In this document: positions 49,701-59,258 of the stretch, piece after piece | Layout of the letters: each line of letters begins with the position of its first letter | Numbering within the stretch: position 1 is the first letter of the stretch | From: Pseudomonadota bacterium | Lineage (GTDB): Bacteria > Myxococcota > JACRCW01 > JAFGSX01 | Assembly (NCBI GenBank): GCA_043821645.1 | Contig: JBDRCO010000052.1 | Span: forward strand, 97,442-161,441 | Length of the DNA stretch: 64,000 nt | Direction: 5' to 3' | Position numbers and translations under genes: made by a program | The notes under the pieces: generated by a model | Told to the model about the DNA's origin: nothing | Seen by the model: only the letters and a program-made list of their open reading frames with translations | The model's database searches: none

Positions 49701-51646
49701 GTCACGGCATCATGCAGCTGGAGGTGTCGCCGAAGGCAGACGAGGGCCCAGATCAGGGGTGCGTGATCGCGCTCGCGACGCAGGTGTTCATCGGCCAGGC
49801 GGGTGACGCCGGGGATCGACAGGCCCAGATCACCGAGCACGCTGTCGTGGCAGGTCGCATCCATTTCTTCTCGCAAGGGGCCGCGCAACCACTCCGCGAG
49901 TGGGATTGTGAAGCCTTGCTTGGGACGGTGCACGGGCGCCGGATCGAGGACACCCCGCAGTACTCCCCGGAGTACCGCCTTGCCTCCGTCCCGGACATGG
50001 AGTTCGGGGCCGACGGCGCGCGCCACGGCGGCTACCCGCGAATCCAGGAACGGCACTCGTACCTCCAGTCCAACGGCCATGCTGGCCCTGTCCACCTTGG
50101 TCAGGATGTCCTCGGGCAAGAAGGTCTGTTCATCGACCCGGGACGCATAGAGGGCCGAGGGAACATCGAGGCCTGGTGGGGCTGCGCGCTCGAGGGCTTC
50201 GAGCGCCAAGGTCTCGAAGGTCGGTGCGACGCGCTCCAGGACGTCTGGGCTGGCGATGCGCAGCGTGTCGGCGTACAGGCGCAGCCTGTCGTCGGAGGCC
50301 AGGGATGCAGCGACAGCCTGGAGCTTGCGCGCCGGGTGGGTCAGGCGGGGCAATTGCCCGAGAGCACGCAGGCGTCCATACATGCGATCGATGGTGCGCG
50401 CCGGGATACGTGCTGCGGCGCGAGCGATGGCAGCACGAGCAGGTCGAGGTACCTGCCGCACACGCTCCGCCAGCGCAAATAGCCGGTAACGGGTGTAGCC
50501 CAGGAATAGCTCATCCCCGCCGTCACCAGACAGCACACACTTGACCTGTCTTCGTGCGAAGCGCGCGATGAGGCTCGTGGGGGCGGCCGAGGGATCCGCA
50601 AAGGGCTCGTCGAAGATCCGCGCAAGATCCTGCAGCGCATCGCGCAGAGTCTCCGGGCGCAGCTCGCGTTCCTGCCAGGGTAGACCCAGCTGTCCGGCGA
50701 TGCTCCTGGCTGCAGGGCGCTCGTCGTAGGCCTGCTCGGCGAAGCCCATCGTGAAACAGGACGGTGTGGCACCGGACTGCGCGGCCAGGGACGCGACCAG
50801 CGCTGAGTCCACACCTCCGGAGAGAAAGCAGCCCACCGGCACGTCGGCGATCAGGTGCGCCTGCACGCTTTCTTCAAGTGCATCGCGGATCTCTTCGACG
50901 GCTTCGGAGAGACGTGTGATGGGCCGGACCGGCGCAGAGTGGGCGTATGCATGGACCTGCATCGCTCCGTCTTGCACGACGAGGGTGTGCCCCCTGGGTA
51001 GCTTGCGTGCACCCCGGCAGATGGTGTGAGGCGCTGGCACGTAGCCGAGGGCCAGGTATTGGGCCAGGGCATTGCCGTCGACGCCAAGGTCGATCCCGGG
51101 GACCAGGCGCAGTGCGTTGAGGTCCGATGCGAAGGCGAAAAGACCTGGCCGGTGCGCGTAGACGAGGGGCTTCACCCCGAAAGGGTCGCGCGCGCACAGC
51201 CATCGATCCCGGTGCAGGTCAAGAAGTGCAAAGGCGAACATTCCCCGCAGGCGGGTCACGACCGAATCACCCCAGGCCTCATAGCCGTGCACGATGACCT
51301 CGGCGTCCGAGCTCGAGCGGAACACATGTCCCAGCGCCTGGAGTTCGCGCTGCAGCGATGGGTAGTTGTAGATCTCGCCATTGAAGGTGAGCCATACCGA
51401 GGTGTCTTCGTTCGGCATGGGTTCACGGCCGCTGTCACTCAGGTCAATGATGGCGAGGCGGGTGTGCACCATGCACAGCGGCGCGTTGTCGCGCTCGACC
51501 ATGGCCAGATCCCCACCATCCCGGGCGAATTGCTGGATGCCGCTGCCATCCGGCCCCCGCGGTCGCAGGGAGTCGATGAGGCGCTGCGGCAACCCGGAGG
51601 GCGTGCGCGCGGTGTCGGTGAAATCGTAGCCAGCGATGCCACACAT
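49697..51646 (-). CDS. asnB: Asparagine synthase (glutamine-hydrolysing)-type amidotransferase in a glycan cluster
   Basis: True start MCGIAG at 51646; RGPD, RLAIIDLS, NGEIYN, RDPFGVKPL, LSGGVDS, SGDGGDELF.GY, DRASMA..LE.RVPFLD, KQGF..P. Confidence 0.93.
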   Translation of the reverse strand: MCGIAGYDFTDTARTPSGLPQRLIDSLRPRGPDGSGIQQFARDGGDLAMVERDNAPLCMVHTRLAIIDLSDSGREPMPNEDTSVWLTFNGEIYNYPSLQRELQALGHVFRSSSDAEVIVHGYEAWGDSVVTRLRGMFAFALLDLHRDRWLCARDPFGVKPLVYAHRPGLFAFASDLNALRLVPGIDLGVDGNALAQYLALGYVPAPHTICRGARKLPRGHTLVVQDGAMQVHAYAHSAPVRPITRLSEAVEEIRDALEESVQAHLIADVPVGCFLSGGVDSALVASLAAQSGATPSCFTMGFAEQAYDERPAARSIAGQLGLPWQERELRPETLRDALQDLARIFDEPFADPSAAPTSLIARFARRQVKCVLSGDGGDELFLGYTRYRLFALAERVRQVPRPARAAIARAAARIPARTIDRMYGRLRALGQLPRLTHPARKLQAVAASLASDDRLRLYADTLRIASPDVLERVAPTFETLALEALERAAPPGLDVPSALYASRVDEQTFLPEDILTKVDRASMAVGLEVRVPFLDSRVAAVARAVGPELHVRDGGKAVLRGVLRGVLDPAPVHRPKQGFTIPLAEWLRGPLREEMDATCHDSVLGDLGLSIPGVTRLADEHLRRERDHAPLIWALVCLRRHLQLHDAVT

Positions 51647-51656
51647 AACTGCGAGT

Positions 51657-52628
51657 CTACTCTGCCTGCTCTTTCGTGCCAGGTCTTGATGCAGGTGTCT
51701 CCGAGGCGCCCCAGACCGAGCGCAACCAGCGTCGTAGGTGCAACAGCTGAGCGCGATGGTCGTGCGAGATTGCAGAGAGCGCAGCTGCGAGCCAGAGCCG
51801 TGCTTCGGCGGGACTGAGCTGCAGCGCCAGCCGGAGGTCTCGCCGGGCCTCGCGTCTCTGACCATGGTGCAGCAGGCGCTCGGCACTCTGCCTGTACACA
51901 TTCGCCAGTGCCTGCCGCCGAATTTCCGGCGACACGGCGCGCCTCGCCATCGCGCCCTCGACAATGAGGAGATGCTGGCGGCGCATATCTTCAAAGCGAT
52001 CGATCCGGTTGCTGACACTTTCGGCATGGCGCCGGTAATAGACCCAGTGCCCCGGTACGGTGACGACGTCATGTCGAGCCGCGAGTTCGAGCCAAAGCGC
52101 GTAGTCCTCTCCAATGGCGTCTGCGCGCTCATCGAAGGGTGCATGCGACGGCAAGGCACTGGAGCGCACGAGCACGGCCGAGGTGGTGATGCAGGTCTGG
52201 ATGAGCAGCCGCTCAAAGGGGTGCTGTTCCAGATCCGGCGGCAGGGACCGTGCGACTCTGGTTCCGTCCGAGAAGCTCTCGAGGATGCCCCCCGCCACGA
52301 GAGCGGCCGCAGGGTGAGCGAGAATGGCATCCTCTGCTTGCCGCAGCCAACCCGGATCCCACCAGTCGTCTGCGTCGAGGAAAGCAATCCAGTCTGCGCT
52401 GCCTTCAAGCGCCAGCATTCCTCGGTTTCTTGCCTGTGCCGGGGACGAGCTTGTCTGTTGAAGTATCTCAGCCGCGTGATGGCGTGCGACTGCGAGGGTC
52501 TCGTGGTCATCCGGGGAGGTCACTACGAGGGTCCGTTGCGGAGCGCGGGTCTGGGATGCCACAGATTCGAGCGCTTGGCCGAGGGTCCTCGCAGCCCGAG
52601 CTGCTGGAATAAGCACCGCGAGTCTCAT
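51657..52628 (-). CDS. GT2 family glycosyltransferase
   Basis: VLIPA, ARNRG, IAFLDADDWW, EDYALW. Confidence 0.88.
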   Translation of the reverse strand: MRLAVLIPAARAARTLGQALESVASQTRAPQRTLVVTSPDDHETLAVARHHAAEILQQTSSSPAQARNRGMLALEGSADWIAFLDADDWWDPGWLRQAEDAILAHPAAALVAGGILESFSDGTRVARSLPPDLEQHPFERLLIQTCITTSAVLVRSSALPSHAPFDERADAIGEDYALWLELAARHDVVTVPGHWVYYRRHAESVSNRIDRFEDMRRQHLLIVEGAMARRAVSPEIRRQALANVYRQSAERLLHHGQRREARRDLRLALQLSPAEARLWLAAALSAISHDHRAQLLHLRRWLRSVWGASETPASRPGTKEQAE

Positions 52629-53611
52629 GCGGGGTCGATCCACTTCGGGTCACGAGACCCGGTCAATTGCCACAGCACGCTCTGCACGAGACACAAGCTG
52701 TGACGACCTCGTGTGGATCGAACGAGAGCCTGAGCAGTTCGCAGGACCGACGCACTTGTCAGGAGGCCAGACTGAAGGGTGTGCTGCCAGGGGCGGTGTG
52801 TCTGGAGTCCGAGGAGGCGATCCCCCATGTCGCGACTAGCGAGGCGAAGTAGCCCCTGTCGCATGAGCGCTGAACTGATCCAGCCAGCCGCCCGTCTGGA
52901 ACCTGACCCAGGGACTCGCGGCGAGGCCTGTCGGTGGGCTTTCGTGCGCTCGACATCGACCCTGACGGCATGCCTCTGCATGAGCTGACCGGGCACGACC
53001 CTCTGGACTGCCAGCACCTCGCTGATTTTGGCGAAGCGCGCTCCTGCCGCGACGGCACGCAGCCAGAAGTCATGATCGCCCAGCAGGCGATAAGTGGGAT
53101 CGAAGCCGCCGAGCTTGTCAAACAACGATCGCCTGAAGAAGATCGCTGGCTGTGCCAGGTGGCCACCCGCTCGTAGAAAGCTCGGCAACAGCCAGGCAGG
53201 GGGCTGGACCACGAGAGCCGCCCGCCCGCGATCGCCATCCCACTCGAGTGCATCGCCGTAAACGAGATCGGGTGTGTCCTCCTCCGTGAAGCGACCAAGG
53301 ACCAGTTCCGGTGTCCAGGGAAGTAGCAGGTCGTCGCAGTTGAGGTAGCCCAGAAACGCTGCCTGGCATAGGTGGATACCCTCGTTCACGGCCTCGTACA
53401 TACCGCCATCGGGCCTCGAGATGTAGCGCAGGGAGCTCCCTCGTCGTTGCTGCGCACGTTGCAGCTCATCTTGGGTGCCATCATGGGATGCCCCATCCAC
53501 GACGACGTGCTCGACGCGGGGTCCGAGCCGACGTACATTGGCCAGGCACTGCTGGAGGTAGGCGCGCTGGTTGAGCGCAGGAGTCACCAGGGAGAGGTCA
53601 ATGGTCGACAT
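52625..53611 (-). CDS. GT2 family glycosyltransferase (start MSTIDLS...)
   Basis: SLVTPALNQ, VVDGAS.DGT, DGGMYEAVN.G, YLNCDD, QPA.FFR, DHDFWLR. The tracked extension to 54895 is antisense to another gene. Confidence 0.88.
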   Translation of the reverse strand: MSTIDLSLVTPALNQRAYLQQCLANVRRLGPRVEHVVVDGASHDGTQDELQRAQQRRGSSLRYISRPDGGMYEAVNEGIHLCQAAFLGYLNCDDLLLPWTPELVLGRFTEEDTPDLVYGDALEWDGDRGRAALVVQPPAWLLPSFLRAGGHLAQPAIFFRRSLFDKLGGFDPTYRLLGDHDFWLRAVAAGARFAKISEVLAVQRVVPGQLMQRHAVRVDVERTKAHRQASPRVPGSGSRRAAGWISSALMRQGLLRLASRDMGDRLLGLQTHRPWQHTLQSGLLTSASVLRTAQALVRSTRGRHSLCLVQSVLWQLTGSRDPKWIDPA

Positions 53612-53698
53612 GATTCGCGGGTCCCTCGACGCGGGTCTCATGATGGCGGCTGGCGCTCTGCCGCGCAACCTTGACCTGCGGTCCGAGGGTAGGAACCG

Positions 53699-54997
53699 AT
53701 GGGCGGACAGGCCTTGACACGGTGGCGCATTGCCCGAGTCCAGCCCGACGACGTCGCGGGCGGTGCCGAGAGGATGGCGCAGCGCCTGCACCAGGCGGTT
53801 CGCCAGCGTGGCCATGTTGACCACGTGTTTGTCGGGAACAAGCGCAGCCTCGATCCAGATGTCTTTGTCGTCGACAACAGAGCACGACAGGGCAGTGTTG
53901 TGGGGCTCGCAGCGCGCGCCTTCGAGCATGCGTCCGGGATCCCTTTTGCTTACTTTCCGGGAAGCCGAGCCCTGGTGGAACAGCTGTGCCGCTACGATGT
54001 CGTGCACCTGCACAACCTGCACGGCGACTTCTTCGAGCTGCGGCGGGTCCCGGAACTCGCGGCGCGAGTACCTGTCGTCGTCACCCTGCACGACCTGTTC
54101 TGGGCCACCGGCCACTGCGCACAGCCCATGGACTGTCCACGCTGGAGCCAGGGTTGTGGCCACTGTCCGGACCTCGCGCGATACCCGATGGTGCACCGCG
54201 ACGCCACGGCCTTCAACCGCTGGAACAAGCGCAACCTCATCGCGCGTGGGCCGCACCAGATCATCGCGCCGACACAGTGGATCCGCGACCGCTGGCACGA
54301 GGCCGGTATGCCGGGGCCCGATCCCGTGGTGGTTCCGCGCGGCCTGGACCTCGAGGTTTACCGCCCGGGCGATCGCGCCAAGGCCCGCCACCAGATGGGT
54401 CTCGAGACTGGCCGGTCGATCGTGATGTTCTCGGCCCAGGGTGGGATCGAGAACACCTACAAGGATGGCCAGACGGTCATCGAGACCTTGCGGCGACTCA
54501 TGGCATTGACCGGGGCCGCGTGCCCGACTCTGCTTGTCCTGGGTGGCGGACGTGCCGAGTTCCCTGCGGATCTCCAAGCCCACATTCATCGTACTGGCTT
54601 CCTCGACGACACCGCAGCGGTGGTGCGCTGCTACCAGGCTGCAGACGTCTTGCTGCATGCTACGCGAGCCGATAACTCTCCGCTGGTGATCATCGAGGCC
54701 ATGGCCTGCGGGCTTCCCGTCGTCGCCAACGCCATCGGAGGCATCGCCGAGCTGGTGGTGCCGGGTGAAACCGGCTGGCTCAGTGAGGCAGGTGACGTCG
54801 AGTCCCTGACGCATCAGGTCCAGGTCTTGCTCGACGATTCTCGTCTGGCGACGGACATGGGAGCACGTGCCCGCGCGCGCGCACGCACCAGGCACGATGT
54901 GCAGCGCTATGTGGATCGCGTCCTTGAGGTTTATGCCGAGGCTCGTCGTCGCTGTGCGGCGGGCCCCACTCGAGGAAACAGGCGCTCAGGTGCGTGA
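53699..54997 (+). CDS. GT4 family glycosyltransferase (WcaC-like), opposite orientation to the cluster
   Basis: GGAE, VHLHNLHG, TLHD.FW.TGHC, C..W..GC..CP, ADN.PL.IIEAMACG.PVV. Confidence 0.9.
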   Translation: MGGQALTRWRIARVQPDDVAGGAERMAQRLHQAVRQRGHVDHVFVGNKRSLDPDVFVVDNRARQGSVVGLAARAFEHASGIPFAYFPGSRALVEQLCRYDVVHLHNLHGDFFELRRVPELAARVPVVVTLHDLFWATGHCAQPMDCPRWSQGCGHCPDLARYPMVHRDATAFNRWNKRNLIARGPHQIIAPTQWIRDRWHEAGMPGPDPVVVPRGLDLEVYRPGDRAKARHQMGLETGRSIVMFSAQGGIENTYKDGQTVIETLRRLMALTGAACPTLLVLGGGRAEFPADLQAHIHRTGFLDDTAAVVRCYQAADVLLHATRADNSPLVIIEAMACGLPVVANAIGGIAELVVPGETGWLSEAGDVESLTHQVQVLLDDSRLATDMGARARARARTRHDVQRYVDRVLEVYAEARRRCAAGPTRGNRRSGA

Positions 54998-55963
54998 TGG
55001 CTGAGTCCTATTCACGAACCAGCGCACCGTGCGCTCGAGCCCCTGGGCGAGGGACGTGCTTGCCTCCCAGCAGAGCAGCCGTTGGGCGCGATCGACGCGG
55101 GCAAAGTTGCGCCGGATCTCGCCCTGCCTGAAGTCCTCGCGCACGACCTGACAATCCAGTCCGGCCTGGTCTCGGAGAATGGGCAGCAGCACACCGAGCA
55201 GTGCATTCAGCGAAGTCTCCTGGCCACTCGCGATCTGTAGCAACTCTCCGCGGAGGTTCGCCCGCGCCGCGTCGACGATCGCCTGGCACAGATCCTCGAC
55301 GTACAGAAAGTCGCGCGTCTGGCTGCCGTCACCGTAGATGTGGAGGGTCTCACCAGCCAAGGCCTGGGAGACAAAGCGCGCGACCACGCTTCCCTTGCGG
55401 TCCGAGCGGGGCCCGTAGACGTTGCTGAAGCGCAGCGCCACTGTGCCGAGGCCAAAGGACGCGGCGTAGGCCCGGGCATAGGCCTCACCGCACGCCTTGC
55501 TGGCGCCGTAGGGCGAAATCGGGCGCACCGGCATGTCCTCGTGAAAAGGCGCCGGTTGGTCACCGATGGGAGCCCCAGACGACGCGAGAATCACACGCGC
55601 CACGCGGTTCAAGCGCGCAGCCTCGAGCACGTTGAGCGTCCCCAGGACATTGACCGCGAAGTCGCCGCGAGGATCCTCGATCGAGGGCAGCACCCCGGTG
55701 CGCGCCGCGAGGTGGACGATGGCGTCGCAATCCATGCTGACCTGCTGAACCAGCTCCGGATCCCGCACATCGCCAACCACCAGCTCGACGTCTCCTGGGA
55801 CAGCACGCCCGGGATCGACGACCCTTGCGACGCGCTCCAGATCCGAGCGTGTCCCCACCGACAGATCGTCGAGCACGCGCACACGCGCACCGGCATCCGT
55901 GCACAGCCTTTCGATCAGATGGCCGCCAATGAACCCGCAACCGCCTGTGACCAGCCACTGCAT
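54986..55963 (-). CDS. NAD-dependent sugar epimerase/dehydratase (UDP-glucose 4-epimerase-like)
   Basis: TGGCGFIG, ASS, PISPYGASK, LRFSNVYGP, GDGSQTRDF. Confidence 0.92.
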   Translation of the reverse strand: MQWLVTGGCGFIGGHLIERLCTDAGARVRVLDDLSVGTRSDLERVARVVDPGRAVPGDVELVVGDVRDPELVQQVSMDCDAIVHLAARTGVLPSIEDPRGDFAVNVLGTLNVLEAARLNRVARVILASSGAPIGDQPAPFHEDMPVRPISPYGASKACGEAYARAYAASFGLGTVALRFSNVYGPRSDRKGSVVARFVSQALAGETLHIYGDGSQTRDFLYVEDLCQAIVDAARANLRGELLQIASGQETSLNALLGVLLPILRDQAGLDCQVVREDFRQGEIRRNFARVDRAQRLLCWEASTSLAQGLERTVRWFVNRTQPSRT

Positions 55964-57159
55964 CAGCTAAACACACCGTCGAGATAGCGCGAGGCCCGAC
56001 GGGAACCGTCCCAGCGGATATCAGGCAACAGGGCATGTGCTCGTGCCTCGATGCGGCCCTTGTGCGTGGTCAAGTCGCGCAGAATCGTGTCCAGCTCCGC
56101 GTCCATGTCCCGGGTGGGCTGGTAGCCCAGGTCCAGCAGGTGCTGATGGTCGGGCTGGTAGTGGTGTTCTTCCAGCTCCTTGCGCGGGTTCTCGATGTTG
56201 CGGATCTCGACCTCGAGGCCGGCGCGACGGGCGGCCTGCTGCACCTTGGTGGCCAGCTCGGTGATGTCGTAGACCTCCTCGAACTGGTTGAAGACCCGGT
56301 ACTCGCCGGTCGCCGGTGGATTCTCGATGGCCAGGGTCAGGCATTGCATCGAGTCGCGCAGCGGCAGGAAACCGCGCTTCTGGTGGCCCTTGCCAAAGGG
56401 CGTCAGGGGCTGACCCACCACAGCCTGGGCGCAGAAGCGGTTGATGGCCGTACCGAAGCACTGGTCAAAATCGAAGCGTGTGAGCAGCCTGTCGTCGTCG
56501 CCCATGGCGTCGATGCGCGTACCGTAGACCACGCCCTGCATGATGTCCGTCGAGCACAGACCCCAGACGCGGCAGGCCATGGCCACGTTGTTGGAATCGT
56601 GGACCTTGGTCTGGTGGTACCAGCTCCCCGCCTGGCGCGGGAAGGGGAGCCTGTCCTTGCGCCCCCGGTACTCGATCTCGAAGAAGCCCTCCGGGATGTC
56701 GAGGTTGGGCGTGCCGTACTCGCCCATGGTGCCCAGCTTGACCAGATGCGCCTCGGGGCAGGCATCGCGCATGGCGTGGAGCACGTTCAGGGTGCCCACC
56801 AGGTTGTTCTGGTGCGTGTACACCGCGTGCTGGACGTCGATCATGCTGTACGGCGCCGAGGGCATCTCGGCCAGGTGCACGATGGCGTCGGGCTTGAAGG
56901 CGCGCAGCTGGTTCCACACCAGGCTGTAGTCCGTCAGATCGCCGCGCACGAAGCGCAGGTTCTTGCCAAAGTGCTCGCGAAAGGCTTGCAGCCTGTCGGT
57001 CATGCGCAGGATGGGGGTCGCCGACTGCGAGCCCATCTCGGCCACCCAGTCACGTCGGAAGTAGCCATCGATCCCGGCCACCTCGTGCCCGCGCCCGGTC
57101 AGGTGCAGGGCCAGCGACCAGCCCAGATATCCGTCGACACCAGCGATGAAGACTCTCAT
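55963..57159 (-). CDS. sqdB: UDP-sulfoquinovose synthase (SqdB/SQD1/Agl3 family)
   Basis: G.DGYLGW, HLAE.PSAPYSM, N..GTLN, HLVKLGTMGEYGTP, GSWYH.TKVHDS.N, TD..QG.VYG, RFD.D..FGT..NRF, G.G.Q.RG, NPR.E.E.H.Y. Confidence 0.93.
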   Translation of the reverse strand: MRVFIAGVDGYLGWSLALHLTGRGHEVAGIDGYFRRDWVAEMGSQSATPILRMTDRLQAFREHFGKNLRFVRGDLTDYSLVWNQLRAFKPDAIVHLAEMPSAPYSMIDVQHAVYTHQNNLVGTLNVLHAMRDACPEAHLVKLGTMGEYGTPNLDIPEGFFEIEYRGRKDRLPFPRQAGSWYHQTKVHDSNNVAMACRVWGLCSTDIMQGVVYGTRIDAMGDDDRLLTRFDFDQCFGTAINRFCAQAVVGQPLTPFGKGHQKRGFLPLRDSMQCLTLAIENPPATGEYRVFNQFEEVYDITELATKVQQAARRAGLEVEIRNIENPRKELEEHHYQPDHQHLLDLGYQPTRDMDAELDTILRDLTTHKGRIEARAHALLPDIRWDGSRRASRYLDGVFS

Positions 57160-57260
57160 CCGTCAACCTCGAAGGTCAAAAAAGGCGCGAACGAACACTG
57201 CGTCGTCGGCTCCCGGCAGGCATCGAATCTGACATCCACCTGCGCAGGCGGCAACGCTTT

Positions 57261-58274
57261 TCACCGCGGTCTGGACGTCGTGGTCAGGCCTTCCAGCAGC
57301 GCGTGCAGCGGCGCGCGAGAGGTGGCACGCACCGCGCCAAGCAGGCGTTCTGGATGGTGCCGCGTTGCCCGGGCCAGGGACACGATCATGCGTGCGACGC
57401 CTCGCGCAGAAGGGTCTTGCCAGTAAGCTTGGCGCGCCAGTACCAGCGAGAGCTCCACGAAGCCCAGGTCGCGGCAACGCAGCGTGTACTCGGCCAGGAC
57501 CGCTGCGCGACTGTTGCATCGAGCAGCAATCTGGCTGGCTCGAGCGAGTTCCTCGCCCAGTCTCTCGTCCTCGCCCTGCAACCTCCTGGCCCAGGCGATG
57601 CGCGCCACGCAACCGCTCGCCGCCTGAAGCGTGCGCGAACCTGTGCTGATGCAGCCTGCATGGTAGCGCCTGTGGTACAGGCGCACTGGGAGTGCTGCGA
57701 TCGTCGAGGAATCGAGGGCACGCAGGATCTGGTCGTAGTCGCCACCCGAGAAGAACTCCGGGCGATATGGAGCTCGCTCGAAGACCTGACGGCGGGCCAC
57801 GAGTGCCGCGTGGATGATCGGCATCTCCTGCCAAGCTCGGCGCTCGATCTCGAGGGGGTCGCACAGGGTATCCTGTCCCCCTGTGACCCTTCCTTCCGCG
57901 TCGATCTCGCTGCTGAAGCAGGAGACCACGTCGATGCCCGGGTCGGCCTCGAGGGCACCAACCTGCACCGCCAGCCGTTGAGGACAGCTCTCGTCGTCGG
58001 CATCCATGCGCGCGATGTAGGTGCCGGTGCAGATCGGGAGACCTGCGGTGGCACCACCGTAGGGCCCACGATTCTCGTCGAGGCTCAAGATCTTCAGCCG
58101 GGGATCCACGCACCCCAACCTCAGTTCCGCCACGGACCCGTCGGTCGATGCGTTGTCGACCAGGACCAGTTCGAGGTCGGACCAGGTCTGGTTCAGGATG
58201 CTCTCGACAGCAGGTCTCAGGAACCTGCTGGCGTTGTGGGCGACCATGAGGACGGAGACGGGCACCATGGGCAT
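57261..58274 (-). CDS. GT2 family glycosyltransferase
   Basis: VSVLM..HN, SILNQT, VDNAS.DG, YIARMDADD.S.P.RL..Q. Confidence 0.9.
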   Translation of the reverse strand: MPMVPVSVLMVAHNASRFLRPAVESILNQTWSDLELVLVDNASTDGSVAELRLGCVDPRLKILSLDENRGPYGGATAGLPICTGTYIARMDADDESCPQRLAVQVGALEADPGIDVVSCFSSEIDAEGRVTGGQDTLCDPLEIERRAWQEMPIIHAALVARRQVFERAPYRPEFFSGGDYDQILRALDSSTIAALPVRLYHRRYHAGCISTGSRTLQAASGCVARIAWARRLQGEDERLGEELARASQIAARCNSRAAVLAEYTLRCRDLGFVELSLVLARQAYWQDPSARGVARMIVSLARATRHHPERLLGAVRATSRAPLHALLEGLTTTSRPR

Positions 58275-58286
58275 CTAGTCCTTGGC

Positions 58287-59258
58287 TCAGCCGCTCTGGA
58301 CCTGCGCTTCGACCCAGCGGAAAGTCGCGCGAAGACCATCGGCCAGCGCAGCAGACGGTGCCCACCCAAGTTTCTCCCGGATCAGTCTATTATCCGAATT
58401 GCGCCCCCGCACGCCGAGGGGCCCGGGCACATAGTGCAGCCCCAGAGACTTGCCCGAAATCTCAATGACCTTGCCGGCGAGTTGCCCGATCGAGACCATC
58501 TCCTCCGAGCCGATGTTGATCGGCTCGCTGCACTCCGACTGCATCAGGCGTCGCACGCCTTCCAGGCACTCGTCGATGAACAGGAAGGATCGGGTCTGCT
58601 TGCCATCACCCCAGATCTCGATCTCGGTGCCGTCGGCAGCCATGGCAACCTTCCGACAGAGAGCCGCCGGGGCCTTCTCCCGCCCGCCAGTCCACGTGCC
58701 CTGCGGACCAAAAATGTTATGGAATCGCGCGATCCGGACCGGGAGGCCAAAATTGCGCTGGTAGGACAGGAAGAGACGCTCACTGAACAGCTTTTCCCAG
58801 CCATACTCACTGTCCGGAGCAGCAGGATAGGCGGAGTCCTCGGCGCAGTTCGGGTTATCAGGGTCCAGCTGGTTGCGCTCGGGGTAGATGCAGGCCGAGG
58901 ACGAATAGAACAGGCGGCCTACCCCAGCCAGCCGGCTTGCCTCGGCGATGTTGAGGTTGATGGTGGCCGAGTTGTGCATGACCACGGCGTCGTGATCGCC
59001 GGTGAAGATGTACCCGGCGCCTCCCATGTCAGCGGCGAGCTGGTAGACCTCATTAAAAGGTACTGAAAGGACCTTGCGGCAGAGTTCGGGATCCCGAAGA
59101 TCTCCCAGCACGAAGTCATCTGCGACTGTGGGTGAGAACTCTGGCAGCTTGAGATCGACGCCTCGAACCCAGTATCCCTCTTTCTTCAGCCGGTGGGCGA
59201 GGTGACTACCAATAAAGCCGCCGGCTCCACAGATCAGTGCGGTCGGTGTCTGGCCCAC
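58287..59258 (-). CDS. GDP-mannose 3,5-epimerase-like NAD-dependent epimerase
   Basis: GAGGFIG, LAADMGG.GYI, YSSSACIYP, P..EYGWEK, RFHNIFGP, REKAPAA.CRK, WGDG.QTRSF, GP.GVRGRNSDN. Confidence 0.88.
   Translation of the reverse strand: MGQTPTALICGAGGFIGSHLAHRLKKEGYWVRGVDLKLPEFSPTVADDFVLGDLRDPELCRKVLSVPFNEVYQLAADMGGAGYIFTGDHDAVVMHNSATINLNIAEASRLAGVGRLFYSSSACIYPERNQLDPDNPNCAEDSAYPAAPDSEYGWEKLFSERLFLSYQRNFGLPVRIARFHNIFGPQGTWTGGREKAPAALCRKVAMAADGTEIEIWGDGKQTRSFLFIDECLEGVRRLMQSECSEPINIGSEEMVSIGQLAGKVIEISGKSLGLHYVPGPLGVRGRNSDNRLIREKLGWAPSAALADGLRATFRWVEAQVQSG

Noticed and set aside
49697-52510. AsnB-like ORF as a lasso peptide cyclase, and its 937-aa tracked length
   Set aside because: It has an intact N-terminal MCGIAG glutaminase domain starting at 51646, sits among glycosyltransferases and has no lasso B protein. 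The upstream extension overlaps a real GT2 gene.
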